64,000 bases of DNA from Octopus sinensis (Eukaryota), in assembly GCF_006345805.1 (NCBI RefSeq), contig NC_042999.1:43834001-43898000 (forward strand). Direction: 5' to 3'. Positions 49,271 through 63,639 of this stretch are shown here, in pieces. A program made the translations under genes and the position numbers. Every line of letters begins with the position of its first letter. Position 1 is the first letter of the stretch. Under the pieces are notes generated by a model. The model saw nothing but the letters and a program-made list of their open reading frames with translations. It had not been told where the DNA came from and did no database searches.

Positions 49271-49674
49271 TTAAATACCGGCGAAAAATAGACGAGCTAT
49301 AACTGAAAGGAGTAAAACTGCATTTTTAGCCTTGTTTTGTACCGAAACATCGTCACAAAGCATTTTTTATAGAATTATTTGAGTTACTGGATAGAAAAAA
49401 AAAACAATTATACGCTTCGTATGATCCTAGTCACGTTTTTAATTAACTCATGCAGATCTGCTGATATCTCAATATTCTAATCCTTATATAATTTTTTGCT
49501 AATTAAACTTAATTATCATAACTGGAAGAGTTTTTGCAATTAGAAGCTTAATTTAGTTGTAAACCGCCACAAGGGTGTGTGTGTGATGGCACTACACAAA
49601 AATATCCATTACGATAATTAGATTGTTGTCATTAACGCAATATAACTATGTTGTCATTAACGCAATATGACTAT

Positions 49675-49904
49675 GTTGTCCTGTTTCAGTTATTGTACTG
49701 TGGCCTTGCTGGGGCACTGCCTTCAAAAGTTTAGTCAAACTAATCTAACCTACTACTTATGCTTTGATAAGTTTTGTTTATTACGTCTGGTAATTATTTT
49801 ATAGGTCGCTTTTGCTGAATCGCTAGGTTGTGGGGACGTAAACAAACCAAAGCCTGTTGTCAAGTTGCGGTTGGGGACAAATACAGCACAAACACAAAGG
49901 CACG

Positions 49905-49961
<57 letters not shown>

Positions 49962-50130
49962 ACAAACATTGCGGGCTTCTTCAGTTTCTGCCTTCCAACT
50001 TCAAATTCAACCTCAAAGTATTAGTCAACCCGTGACTATAGCAGAAGATATTTGCCCAAGGTGCCATACAGTGGGACTGAACCTGAAAACATGTGGTTAT
50101 GAAGTGAGCTTCTTAACTACTCAGCCATGC
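49675..50130 (-). mobile_element. Old degenerate SINE group A
   Basis: TTGCCCAAGGTGCCATACAGTGGGACTGAACC retained. Confidence 0.65.
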
Positions 50131-50195
50131 ATGCACTTATGTAAAGTATCTAATATTCGTTTTTGGATTTGGTTTGCAAGATTCTTTATGTGAGT

Positions 50196-50393
50196 TCGTC
50201 TGCATATTCTGTTGTGTCTGGGGAGAGTCATTTTCTTTTGTGCCTTATAATTTAACACACTCACCGGTAAAATTTCCACTTATTTCTTATTTTTTATTTT
50301 CCTAAGAGTCAAGACTATTGAAAAGGTTGCAAAACGCAACGAAAACTATAAAGCACAAAAAGAAAATGACTCTCCCCAGACACAACAGAATCT
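50196..50393. repeat. Inverted repeat element, arms ~45 bp
   Basis: ATTCTGTTGTGTCTGGGGAGAGTCATTTTCTTTTGTGC vs GCACAAAAAGAAAATGACTCTCCCCAGACACAACAGAAT. Confidence 0.8.
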
Positions 50394-50475
50394 AATATTC
50401 CAAAATTATCTAATATTCCAAAATATCTACTATTCCAAAATATCTAATATTCCAAAATTAGTAAACATATGTACT

Positions 50476-50667
50476 TGTTGTTGGCATCCTTTTCGTCTTG
50501 AGAGACAATGGAGTTGCGCATAAAATAATCTAGTCCGGCTTTTACATTTCATGTCCTAATACATCTGCTGTGATTAACACTCCCTCTGGCAGGTGCCGCA
50601 AATGTAGCGAAGACTTTGCCTGGCTGGTTGTAATGTCATAGTTTCTTGTTGACATCTTTTCTTGTCT
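50476..50667 (-). mobile_element. RTE LINE 3' end flanked by a 43-bp direct repeat
   Basis: Minus strand YICGTCQREC..., ends CCATTGTCTCTCAAGACGAAAAGGATGCCAACAACA. 50433-50475 equals 50668-50710. Confidence 0.75.
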
Positions 50668-51189
50668 TTCCAAAATATCTAATATTCCAAAATTAGTAAA
50701 CATATGTACTACGTGTGAGAGATTGAAGCATTCAGCACTCTCTATAAGAGATTTGGAATTTTACGCCACTCAAACAGGGTGTTAACAATGTGCAACACAG
50801 TAATAGCCTATATATGTGTATAACATGTCTTTGCATAAGATAATGTTTATTTTGTGTTATATCAACAGGGATAAATGAATAATGGAGTACCAAAACAGTG
50901 CAGAACTGTTCCACTATCAACCTGCCGCTATCTTTTTCATAGTTAGGGCGACTACTTAGGGTGCCGATAACTATAGGAATTGCAAGGTTAGATTATGCTT
51001 TTCTGACGAGGTTAAATAAGACCAAAACAGGCCCGAAGTTGTGACCGTACATCAAAACATCTAACAGTCTACATTTAAGTAATTTTGAAGTTGTCTCCGC
51101 TACCTATTGTACATACATGCATACATACATATGTATGTGTATCTTAGTACATGTGTGCGTCTGCGCGCGCGCTTATATAGACAAATATA

Positions 51190-51597
51190 TGAGTGGCTGT
51201 GTAGTAAGTAGCTTGCTTACCAACCACATTGTTCCAGGTTCAGTCCCACTGCGTGGCACTTTCGGCAAATGTCTTCTTCTATAGCCTCAGGCCGACCAAA
51301 GCCTTGTGAGTGTATCTGGTAGGCGGAAATTGAAAGAAGCCCGGTGTATATAAATACATATATATGTGTGTTTGTGTGTGTGTGTGTATGTTTGTGTGTC
51401 TGTGCTTGTTCCCACAACATCACTTGACAACCGATGCTGGTGTGTTTACGTCCCCGTAACTTAATAGTTAAGCGAAAGACACCGATAGAATAAGTACTAG
51501 GCTTACAAAGGATAAGTCCTGGGGTCGATTTGCTCGACTAAAAGCGGTACTCCAGCAAGGATGCAGTCAAATGACTGAAACAAGTAAAATAAAAGAA
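51190..51597 (+). mobile_element. SINE group A
   Basis: GAGTGGCTGTGTAGTAAG...GAAACAAGTAAAATAAAAG. Confidence 0.88.
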
Positions 51598-52027
51598 TAC
51601 ATACATACATACAAACATGTACGCAGACGTGTATGTGTGTGTGCATACAACACATGCACACACGCACATATGCAAATATGCACAAATACATATATGGAAT
51701 TTGACCACTTCGATCATGTTAAACGACCACATTATATTCTACAGATAAAAAAATAGTTCAGTTACAAAATAAAAATAACATTAAAAAAATTCATATACCT
51801 AATTTGAGAGAGGAATGTAAGATGGGCTTGGAAAGTGCCGTTTTCGGACGGGCTTGGAAACTGTAGTTTTCGGACTGGCTGTGCAAGCCCATCCGGATAC
51901 TGCATTTTCCGAGCATGAAACTTGAAGTAGTTCATGTATAACACCTGTATTCATCAAAGGGTATTTAACTTTCTTTGAATTGAATATTTTTTGCCTGATT
52001 GTAACAAGTGAACAATATACTATACTC

Positions 52028-52085
<58 letters not shown>

Positions 52086-52695
52086 CCTCTGTTACACACA
52101 CAGCCGAGAGGTCGTTACAAAGAATAGATGATGTAATATAGATATATATCTAAAGTACTGAAAACGTTCTTAGGGCCCTCCTAAACTATATTTGTAACAT
52201 AACTATTTTATCTAATGCTACGCCATTCAACAATTGCATCAAGCATTTGTAGTATTTTCTTATTAAGTGGAATCATATCTCAGAAGCCAACCTTCTGAGA
52301 ATGCTGTAATCAACCCAGCCAAGGCGGTGCTCCAGCATGGCCGCAGTCAAATGACTGAAACAAGTAAAAAAGTATAAGAATAAAGTTTTTAAGGTGGCGA
52401 GCTGGCTGAATCGTTGGCGCGCCGGGCGAAATGCTTAGCGGAATTTCGCCCGTCTTTGCATTGTTAGTTCAAATCTCGCTGATGTTGGCTTTACTTTTCA
52501 GGGTTGATAAAATAAGTACCAGTGGAGTACCAGGATCGATGTCATCGACTTATCCCTCCTTCAAAATTGCTGGCCTTGTGCTAAAATTTAAAACCAATTT
52601 ACCGTTTATTCGTCTGTTTTGCCCAGTTACATGTCAATGGTCACTCTGAAATATTTATCTTATATAATTTTCGTTTCGTGTGTGTGTGTGTGTCT

Positions 52696-52744
<49 letters not shown>

Positions 52745-52975
52745 TGTGTTACACACACAGCCGAGAGCTCGTTACAAAGAATAGATGATGTAATATAGAT
52801 ATATATCTAAAGTACTAAAAACCTTCTTAGGGCGCTCCTAAACTATATTTGTAACATAACTATTTTATCTAATGCTACGCCATTCAACAATTGCTATCAA
52901 GCATTTGTATCATTTCTTTATGAAGTGGAATCGTACCTCAGAAGCCAGCCTTCTGAGAATGCTGTAATCAACCCA
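52028..52975 (+). repeat. Local ~290-bp direct duplication (52028-52317 and 52678-52975) flanking SINE A and B pieces
   Basis: GTTACACACACAGCCGAGAG...CTGAGAATGCTGTAATCAACCCA present twice. SINE A 3' end 52318-52372 and SINE B 52392-52600 lie between. Confidence 0.85.
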
Positions 52976-53612
52976 ACCAACGATATGAGAAATATTTACT
53001 TCCACTGTATTGGCAAGACTAACGTCATACTTAAACAACCCTGCCATTTTTTGCCTTTCCTTTTCTTTCTTACTTTTTCCCCCTATTGTTTTTGTTTGGC
53101 TTTTGTTTTTGCGTGTTGGGGGTATCTACTTCCCCGCTTCCATTCTTCTTTATCAGAAGTCAGTAAATTATTTTACTCTGTTACTGGTTACACCCAATGA
53201 GCTCTGTCCATGCTGGGGCAGGCATGATCCTTTTGTTACAAAAGCATTTCGTCTCTCGCTAGGCATGAACATTAGACATGCGCAAGGATGATCCTAAATT
53301 TACACACACGCGCGTGTGCGCGCACACATGTATGTATGTGTCTGTATAGAATATAGAAAACAAACAAATATGATAAATAGTTTGTAATATATTTAGTTAC
53401 ATCATCTTACATACGTTTTATTAACATAAGGTGTTATTATTTACATAATGTAAATTACATAATCAAAACTAATGGTTAAATCGTCAGAGACATATAGCTT
53501 TTATTACGTAAAAATTACAGGATTGAAAACATGCTAAGAGAATCAACTACCATGGAGATGGCGAGTGTCATGTATAAGAGTTACGTCGCAGCATTTACTT
53601 CGAAGTAAGAGT

Positions 53613-54018
53613 AGGCGTAGGAGTGGCTGTGTGGTAAGTATATTGCTTACCAACCACATGGTTCCGGGTTCAGTCCCACTGCGTGGCACCTTGGGCAAGT
53701 ATCTTCTACTATAGCCTCAGGCCGACCAAGGCCTTGTGAATGGATTTGGTAGACACAAACTGAAAGAAGCCCGTCGTATATATGTTTATATATGTGTGTG
53801 TGTGTGTATGTTTGTGTGTCTGTGTTTGTCCCCCCACCAACATCGCTTGACAACCGATGCTGGTGTGTTTACGTCCCCGTAACTTAGCGGTTCGGCAAAA
53901 TAGACCGATAGAATAAGTACTAGGCTTACAAAGAATAAGTCGTGGGGTCGATTTGCTCGACTAAAGGCGGTGCTCCAGCATGGCCACAGTCAAATGAATG
54001 AACCAAGTTAAAGAGTAA
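53613..54018 (+). mobile_element. SINE group A
   Basis: GGCGTAGGAGTGGCTGTGTGG...AAAGAGTAAG. Confidence 0.9.
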
Positions 54019-54531
54019 GGAATATTTCCCCAGGAAAATATCAGGTACCAACGACTTCTTTCTCATTGGAGTGTATTTTAAACAGGTATCACAAAAGATT
54101 ATTGATTTGCCAAAGATTATTGATTTTGCTCGAGTAGGTTAAGGATTCAAAAACCACTGGCCAAGAAGAATGTGATGAAAAAGTGTATAACATAGTTTTC
54201 ACCTAACAAATTCCATTCACAAAGCTCAAGTTATTTGTGAACCCAAGGCTGCTGTAGAAGACATTTACCCAAGGTAACGTGCGGTGGGGTCGAACCTAGA
54301 ATCATGTAACTGCGAAACGAAATTCTTAATCACCCTTTTATATTTGTGTCTGGAATTTATTTATCTATTTCACGAAAAGGTATGATAAACATATTTTAGT
54401 CAATTCATAGAAGGTTCATAATCAGAGGCATTCATCAACGAGAAATCATTTCTCTTGACTTTCAGCAAGATATAATTGGTGTGGTGATGCTCATGCATTT
54501 CCAGATTAAAGCACTTAGATTATAGCACATA

Positions 54532-54621
54532 GTTTCAGGCAAATAGAGTGGTGATATAGAGGCTTCCTGAATGTCAAGCCATCCAGGAAGCCGCTATATC
54601 GCCACTCTATTTGCCTGAAAC
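54532..54621. repeat. 42-bp stem / 6-nt loop hairpin
   Basis: GTTTCAGGC...CCTGAATG pairs with CATCCAGG...GCCTGAAAC, with 2 mismatches and 1 G-U pair. Confidence 0.85.
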
Positions 54622-55520
54622 AGGAATTGCATATCTTAAAGATTACACCTCTACCACCTAAAAGCAAGGAAAGGATGCATTACGTAATGTAGACATAGAT
54701 AATCCTAAAAAGAGGTGATAGTCACGGCTGGAACGTCGTTGGTCATAGATCTGCGCGGTGATTCCCTGGAGCGAAATCGACAAGTATAACAAATTAATTA
54801 GGTTTTATTTGCTACAGACCTTACTCCTCAACCTAGAACCCTTGCAAATCTTAAACTGAAAATTTCGACTCTTAATCCTTTGGTTAACAACAAATATGGC
54901 TAAAGCATGATCTATAAGAAGGGAAGAAATGCAGAAAGCCCGACATACCATAGGTATGACTAGAACTATATTACCAAATATATTCTTTCTTTATTCAAGA
55001 CAGTTGTGTGCGATTTGAGGGATATTTGACATCTATTTCTAATAAACCCATCGGCCATATTAAGGGCCTCCTTGTCGGCTTTTATATCTATAACATTATG
55101 GCAAATGATGTAGTATCGATTATCATTTCCCGATAACCCAATTTGTGGCTGACGTTGATGCTATTTCACTTACAGCTTAATCGGAATTGGCCTTGGGCTA
55201 AGCAACACAACTAAAGCTAGTTGCTTATCAGCACCCGTCTCTTTTAAAATTATATTCCACAAAAACGATTGAACTCAACACTGCAAATTAACGTAGCACT
55301 CCTGAAATTTTGGGTCTTCCCGCTACCTGCAGCAATCAGTAATTTAGCTCTGCAGTACTTATTTGCAGGTGAGTGAACAAGAGCACTGGACGTTAAGGGT
55401 ACTGGCAACGCATCGTTAAACACAGGTGACTCAACTAGGTCTGTCGATCTACTATGAGTAGTGACCAAATTTTCAAACCCCACCGCAAAGAAGAACACTT
55501 TGGATAATGTTGTCCCTGAT

Positions 55521-56003
<483 letters not shown>

Positions 56004-57411
56004 TATATATATATATATATATATAAGACACGATAGACGTGGCTGGAGAGCCTTTGCTCATATATCATTTGTTTAGTCAAAGTAGACCTGGGGTTAAACA
56101 ACAATTTAGGGCAGTGTCATTGTATGCTTATTTACCTATTTGATTTACCTTATAAAATGATACTTCTACGTTCGTTTTGTTCGGTTCACCTCAACATACG
56201 CTATGTCACCGCTTATAAATAGGTGCAGTAGTCATAACACAGAGTGTTTGCAAAGGCGAATACAGGTTTTTAACGACAATAACAACAATTTCAACCACAA
56301 GAACAGCAACACTTTTTTTTTACTGTAATATTTACATTAATTTCTAACACCAAACATTTGCTTAAATGATTGTGTACTATAAAGAAATATTTTAATGTTT
56401 ATTTGTTAGTTTTCTTCTTTTTTAATTTTTTTTTTTTTTCACAAGAATAACATAACATGGACAAATATTGATAAATTTACATTTGGTTGTTGAATTAATG
56501 CACTGGATATGTTTGGTCTAACAAGCTGCAGGTAAAGTATTTTTGAAGAGAGTAGGCGAGAGTAAATCAAGTTAGTATATTTATACCTAGGCTTGGTTTT
56601 TACTTTGCTGAACCCAAGTGTAATGTTTCTCACTTACAATATTTATAAAAATCATAGATGGCTGTTTGTTGAACATATTTTATGTGTCAGACAAAGGGAA
56701 ATGAAGTCGACCTGTTATAAAGTCAGCGGAAGCTGATGTGACCGGAAGTTAATACACTATGATAATACGAAAATTAATATCGATCGATTTGTCAGTATTG
56801 AACTTGATTTGTTTTGCTTTTAAACTCGTTAACAACCATAGCAGCAAGAATAGTTTTACCACTAATGACTATTTAATTGTTACAAAGCTAATTTTGAAGA
56901 TAAGAATAAAAGACCAAGTGAGCCATTGCAAATTTGAATACATGAATGTTGTTCCAACAACTGTATGGCTCACTTGGTAGAATTCTACGAGCTTGGCCCA
57001 AGATCGTAGATCAGGTTAAAAATACAAGTCCGGTTAGTTTTGTTCAGAATCATATCGCTACATTATACAACGGCATCTGGTTTGTGGTCAAAGGAAACGG
57101 CCATCTGTCAGTCTCTTAAGAATTCACCCCTCTTGATGCTTTTGTAAGACGCATGGTCACCAAAACTGGTCTACAGATGCGACCATGACGTAAGTGAAGG
57201 AGAAATTGTTTTAAAAAGGAACGAAAGTAAGGGTTTAAAACTGGCGTATTGATTCAGATGACAAGTAACTTTTCTGCAGCAGCGGTCGCCTACCTTTTTT
57301 GCACGACAGACCACTTTCATGCAACGTAATTTTTTTATGGACTAGGGGATCATTTGCGCAATAAAACACAATAAAGTGCATTAGAATACATACATACATA
57401 CATACATACAT

Positions 57412-57455
<44 letters not shown>

Positions 57456-59042
57456 CACACACACACACATACATACATACATACATACATCGACTCCAGG
57501 TCATTAGTGTCACTCAAGCTCATGACATATTTCGTCACTGGGTCATGGCAGATTTCACATAAGACACATACCTGCTTAAAGACTTTCACGTTTTCCCGCT
57601 TTATCTCTAACCCCAAATAGCTTCTTTTTTTTTTTATATTTAGCACTATGTCTTTCTTCATTTTTAAGTTAAGGGTAAAAATAAAGCAACCCTGCAAAAC
57701 ACAGCTGATCGTTACACACAGATGCACAGAATAACAGCAATCAAATAACGACAGCGGAGCGCACAACAAACATCAGCGATCTAACTGTCACCTGTACTCT
57801 TGACAAGAGATGCCAGTTAGTCTTTTACACCTACCAGGCTCGTTCATATTAGCCCAAGTTGCTGGATAATTTTTCGTTCTTTTAAGAATATTGTAGAATG
57901 GAAAATTTTCATTGATTAGAATTTAAATCCTAATCTCTATAGAAATATATTGCTTCAAGAAAACATTGAACTTAAATTACTTTTTACGATTATAGATAAC
58001 AACATGGGCTGTAACTTCTGAGCCCGAGTCAGGCGCGTGTGAACGATGTCGAGAGAACGTCTGCTACCAATGATTATTTTATATATATTATTCAAAGAAA
58101 TTCCAACTCTGTTTTTTATGTTTTATTTATATTATTTATAATATTAATGTAGAATATAGAATATATAGTATAAATAGTATATATAGTGTAAAATGAAATG
58201 AAGTATTGATTGTCTTATTGAATAGATGAAATACTGAATATCAAATATTAAGGGACTAGTATACTTTCTTGCATTATAGCAGTCTTCAAGGTCCCAGGTT
58301 GTGACGGGAATGTATATACATGATGCAAAAATACCCTGCAGACCCGCGACTGTCAATAAATTAGAAATAAACATTTTAAACTTTATTTTTTTCTATGTAC
58401 CCTGGTACTGGTGGCGGCCCTGGCAGTTGGGAAACCCCTGCTATAGAACACATACACAACATGACACAATAAAATTTTAATGCTTCTTTAGTTTGCAGTA
58501 TTGATCGCGAATACATTCTTGTGATAGACTGGTGTGCAATCCATTTCAATAGTTTAACATCTTGAAGAAACTAACGTAATTTTCAGTATATAGTGACACT
58601 TTTCGTTAATAACGAGGATAAAAAGATCAACAAAAACAATTTGATGGACTTAATTTCTTAAGTTTTTACAACATTAATTACTAGTCCTTCGTGCTGAATA
58701 CTACAAATACATATATGTGCTACTAAGAAAGTTCTCTGAATGATACTCTCATTTCAAGACTAATATTCCATGTATGGCAGTAAGATTAAATTATAATTAG
58801 ATTGCTTTAAAGACTTATAACTGAATAATATTCTTTGTAACTAAAAGATAAACACACGGAAAAGAGTAGGTCAAGGTTGTTCAAACGATAAATTTAGCGA
58901 CATATATCAGAAAAACTCAATTTTTGATTCATCAGATCAATGTCCAGCCGAAACGTACACATAATCAATTGGCATTTCATATTTTAATGTACATCTATCT
59001 TGTGGTTCCAAGGCAAGCAAATAGATTCAGATCTACAAGAAG

Positions 59043-59058
59043 ATTATTATTATCATCA

Positions 59059-59120
<62 letters not shown>

Positions 59121-59520
59121 GAGTGAGAGAGCAGTGCATGCCATCAAAGTGACACTGGGGTAAAATATACGAAGCCCAGTATACCCATCATAACTACGCG
59201 TCTGATAAGGGTACACCAGGCACATGCATCACAACCAAATGTGCGCGACATGGTGATCTCATATCAAGATAAACAGCGCATGGCCTTGCAGGTGGGGCTC
59301 AGTTAGAATGTTCTTCTCGTCGAGTAGCCCATCCCGCTCAAAAGGTCCCTGAAAAAGGATTGTTTAAGGATGTTGAACGAACCACCCATGTTTCCAAGGG
59401 TGAATTATCCAAGCCTCCAAGAATTCCTTTCAACACACAGCTATGATGCTCCCCCACTACTTCTGCTCGTAGTCAGAAATGCACATATCGTCAGCCACTA
59501 AGGGACGTGGTTAAGGTCAA
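59043..59520 (-). mobile_element. Unclassified retroposon 3' fragment ending in (AAT)n
   Basis: Higher-GC ~400-bp block abutting an (ATT)n run. Recalled as a common octopus repeat, not verified. Confidence 0.45.
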
Positions 59521-59866
59521 ACACTGACAAGCAAATCAGTGGTATTGAGCAGAATATTTGCTGTAGCCCATCATTATTATTATTTTTGAAAGAGTGTGAA
59601 AAAGAGTTGTTATGTTCCCGCCTTTCCGGAAGGCATCATCTGTAATTGAGAATTGAAACCAGATTCCTTCCCTTTCTCTTCGCATGCCATAGTTCTAACT
59701 CTGTTATACTCACCATTCTACTGATTAATGTCACCTCAATGTTTGAAATATTTCACTCCTGACAGAAAGTTAAAAGCTTGGAAGTTTTAAGAGAGGGTGA
59801 AGCAGACTGTGTGTTTCAGATTCTTGAAATTGTCTCCTCTTCTCGCGTGGAGCTAGTCTCAATTTG

Positions 59867-60246
59867 TGGAGGCGCAATGGCCCAGTGGTTAGGGCAGCGG
59901 ACTCGTGGTTGTAGGATCGCGGTTTCGATTCCCAGACCGGGCGTTGTGAGTGTTTATTGAGTGAAAACACCTAAAAGCTCCACGAGGCTCCGGCAGGGAT
60001 GGTGGTGATCCCTGCTGTACTCTTTCACCACAACTTTCTCTCACTCTTACTTCCTGTTTCTGTTGTACCTGTATTTCAAGGGGCCGGCCTTGTCACTCTC
60101 TGTGTCACGCTGAATATCCCCGAGAACTACGTTAAGGGTACACGTGTCTGTGGAGTGCTCAGCCACTTACACGTTAATTTCACGAGCAGGCTGTTTCGTT
60201 GATCGGATCAACCGAAACCCTCGTCGTCGTAACCGACGGAGTGCTT
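59867..60246 (+). mobile_element. SINE group C, tail X, 12-bp TSD
   Basis: AGTCTCAATTTG at 59855-59866 and 60251-60262. Confidence 0.9.
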
Positions 60247-61257
60247 CCTCAGTCTCAATTTGCCATTTAGTAACTATGACCCATCCTCCATCAGTGAAGA
60301 TCATTTTAATAAATCGAGAATTCATCTTGTACGACATTTGATAGATATATATTTGTCTATTTGTTCAAATACCTGACTCTGGTCACTCCCAAATATTTCT
60401 CTTAATCTATTTTTGTTTACACTACGCAAATCACCCTGGCCATAAATGTTGTACTCTTTTTGCATACGTTTAAATCCCCTTGGCTACCGAAGACAAAAGT
60501 CAGGCAGTTGTGCTGACGACGCCAAATGAGCCTAAAAACACGCGTCCACGACTGTCCTCTTACCTCCAGTCAGTAAGCCTACCCATTTCCTAAATAGCAT
60601 GTTAACTATGGAGAATTCTTTTTTGAAGTTGTCTCCCCTTCACATGTGGAGTTTGTCATAATTTCTACTTGGTAATTATGGCACACCCCCTAGAAGGGCG
60701 GAGATAATTTTCCTAAATCAAGAATTTATGTTGTATAGTATTTAATATACCTGTATTTATCTGTTATTCAAATAGATGCCACAGGCCACCCTAAGTTCTT
60801 TCTTTTAACTCATTTTTGTGTGTGTGTATATAAATGTGTGTGTATGTGTGTGTGTGAATGCATACATGAATTTATGTACATTTACACATGCATACACATA
60901 TACCATGCACAAGCGCGCGCACACATGCACACTGACTGTAATTTATCAACCTATATTTCTTTTTTGTTGATACCTGAGAAAATCACAAAAAATAACAAAC
61001 AATTTATACGACTCTGACTTAGTTTCAACTAATTCTAGTAGATGTTTCAACAGGAAGCTGTCAGAATGTCTTCCCTTTATGCTTCTTATCTTGACACTCT
61101 GATAGGTAACGTAAGCATGCTTTCGAGTAAACGTTTATTTAATTAGAACAATCGCTACATAAATGAGGTAAACATCTAAATCCAATAATTTAGTCATTAA
61201 CTTCCAGCTTTCTGGTTATATCGTTTTCCCAAAAGAAAAGCTGCTTTCTAGTTTAAA

Positions 61258-61480
61258 GGCGGCGAGCTGGCAGAAAAGTTAGCACGCCGGACGAAATGCT
61301 TAGCGGTTATTTCGCCTGCCGTTACGTTCTGAGTTCAAATTTCGCCGAGGTCGACATTGCCTTTCATTCTTTCGGGGTCGATAAATTAAGTACCAGTTAC
61401 GCACTGGGGTCGACTTAATCCGTTTGTCTGTCCTTGTTTGTCTCCTCTATGTTTAGCCCCTTGTGGGCAATAAAGAAATA
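61258..61480 (+). mobile_element. SINE group B (tail 2), full length
   Basis: GGCGGCGAGCTGGCAG...GAGTTCAAAT...CCCCTTGTGGGCAATAAAGAAATA. Confidence 0.9.
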
Positions 61481-61644
61481 AGAAAAACTGTCTTCCAGTT
61501 TTTTTTTTCTTTTTCATTTACTCAGAAGAAAAGGCATGTGAATAGAAAAGAATCGCAAGACGGATTTTTCAAGCCAACCAGCTGGAGACATTGGGGTTAA
61601 ACCAAGAGTATGATAGTTGAATAATATCCATAGTCTCAACTGGC

Positions 61645-62051
61645 CACGCTTGGGAATCCAACCGGAAGGTTCGCAGCTATGAACGTATGATTAGAATGCC
61701 GCAGGAATGAATCGCAATGCGGGTTCTTCAAGCCGAACCAACAGGCAGGACCTCAGTCACGTTTGGGATTCCAACCAGAAAGTCCGGTGCTACGGACATG
61801 AGATTAGAATGTTGTAAGAAAGTATCGCATGACGGATTCTTCAAGTCAAGCCAATCGGCAGGAGATCTAGAGACAGACCAAGAATGAGATTGTTAGATAA
61901 TATCTGTAGTCTCTCTGAGTCACTTTTGGTAATCTCAGCCGGAAAGTGTAATGATAATTGCTTCTTATAGGTCCTTCTGGAGGAGATACCTGAGGATTCT
62001 TCCACCACGGCCCTCCCAGAAATAGTGGGCGGAGAAAATGGATGGATGGAT
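61645..62051 (+). mobile_element. RTE (Rex3/Expander-like) 3' end with internal ~110-bp tandem duplication
   Basis: GRRSRDRPRMRLLDNI...; ends CCACCACGGCCCTCCCAGAAA...AAAATGGATGGATGGAT. Units 61645-61750 and 61758-61863. Confidence 0.7.
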
Positions 62052-62514
62052 AAAGCATTGTTCATGATTCTTTTAAAGTGCCTTCAAAATTGGTGGTTAA
62101 TAGAGAAAGAGAGAGAGAACTATAGGAATTATCATCAAACCGAAAACCTAGTTTGAATGCTTCCAACAGTGTGGAGTCCACTAAAAGCATCCAAGGTGAG
62201 AGATGCTGGTGTTAATTTAGGCGACGAGATTCCGTCTGTCACTCAAGTAGGACATGGTAGGATTTGAACTCAGAACGCAAAGATCTGGAGGAAATACTGC
62301 AAAGCATCCAATCTAACGTTCTTACACTTCTGCTAATCCATACCCTAGTTTGGTAATATTTCAGTGTCGAAAGGATGAAAGGCAAAGCTGACCTCGGTAG
62401 GATCTGAATTCAAAATGTAGGAAGTCGGGACAAATACCGCAGGGTATTCACTTCAACGCCAGAAGACTGCCAATGCACTGCCCAGCATGTGTTACCCTTT
62501 ACCTATTATTTGTT

Positions 62515-62885
62515 TTAATCACTGGATTGCTTCCATGCTGGAGCATCGACTTGAAAGGTTTAGTCCCAGTGCTTATTTTTCTGAGTCTGGTGCTTAATCT
62601 GTCGGTCTCTTTTACCGAACCGTTAAGTTACATGGACGTTAACAAACCAATACCGGTTGACAAGCTGTGGTGGTGAATATACACAAACACAAAGACACAC
62701 AGAAACGTGTAAGTTTATATGCAATGGGCTTCTATACAGTTTTTTCGTATAACAAATTCACTCATAAGGCATTGGTCGAACCAGAGCAATTGTAGAAGAC
62801 ATTTGCCCGAGGTACTACGCAGTGGCACAGAATCCGAAACCAGGTGCTTGAATAACGAAATTGTTAGACCATACAACCATGCCTG
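62515..62885 (-). mobile_element. Old degenerate SINE group A
   Basis: GTAGAAGACATTTGCCCGAGGTACTACGCAGTGG retained. Confidence 0.6.
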
Positions 62886-63639
62886 ACATTGCATTGTACA
62901 AGAAATATTTGTGAGACTAAATATAAATCAGAATAGCCGTATAGACCAGCTTTTAATATTTTGACTGCACCAACCAATATACCGGCAATATAGCTTCTAT
63001 GAACAATAATTTATTGCTCCTATATTTCCTTCCCATACATGTTAAATCTAACTCTTCTGGAAAATATTTTATGCAGGCTATATGCTTCATACAGATAAAA
63101 TGGCATCACAAAGGCAGAATTTGTTTCTTCAAAGCCAAAATGTGCTCCAATCCTGAACGGTTGCCAAGTTTTAACTTAGCACAAATATGGCCCATTGAAG
63201 AATATTGCTCATATATTTGCGACCAATGCAAACGCATTCCCAGACTTAATTCAGCAAATAATTAAAAAACTTACTGAAAATCAGATCTACTGACACTAAC
63301 ACTTTCAACTACAAAATAAAGGAACCGCTCCGCAGTTACTCGGCGTGTTAGAAATGGTGACCAAATCTTGCTTACATCGTGTCCTACAGTTTTAAATTAA
63401 AGAAACAAAAAAGAAGACATGTTGGATGATGTATTCTCTGTTGCACAGAAAGAAGGGCTGTGGCGACTAGAATGCTTTTTGTCATATGTGGTTGTTAATC
63501 AAGACTTGTCTGGAGCAAAAAATTAACGAATTTGCGGATTAGTCATGATAGAAATCTGTTGTGAAATTGTATCAGTGATCAAGTCGCAGAGAGCCAAGAA
63601 ATTAGTATTAAGAAATAAACGATAAGTTTGCATTGAGTT

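Noticed and set aside
50997-51040. CTGACGA-GGTT..GACC-AAAAC
   Set aside because: G12 is mutated and stems I and III are unclear. Degenerate at best.
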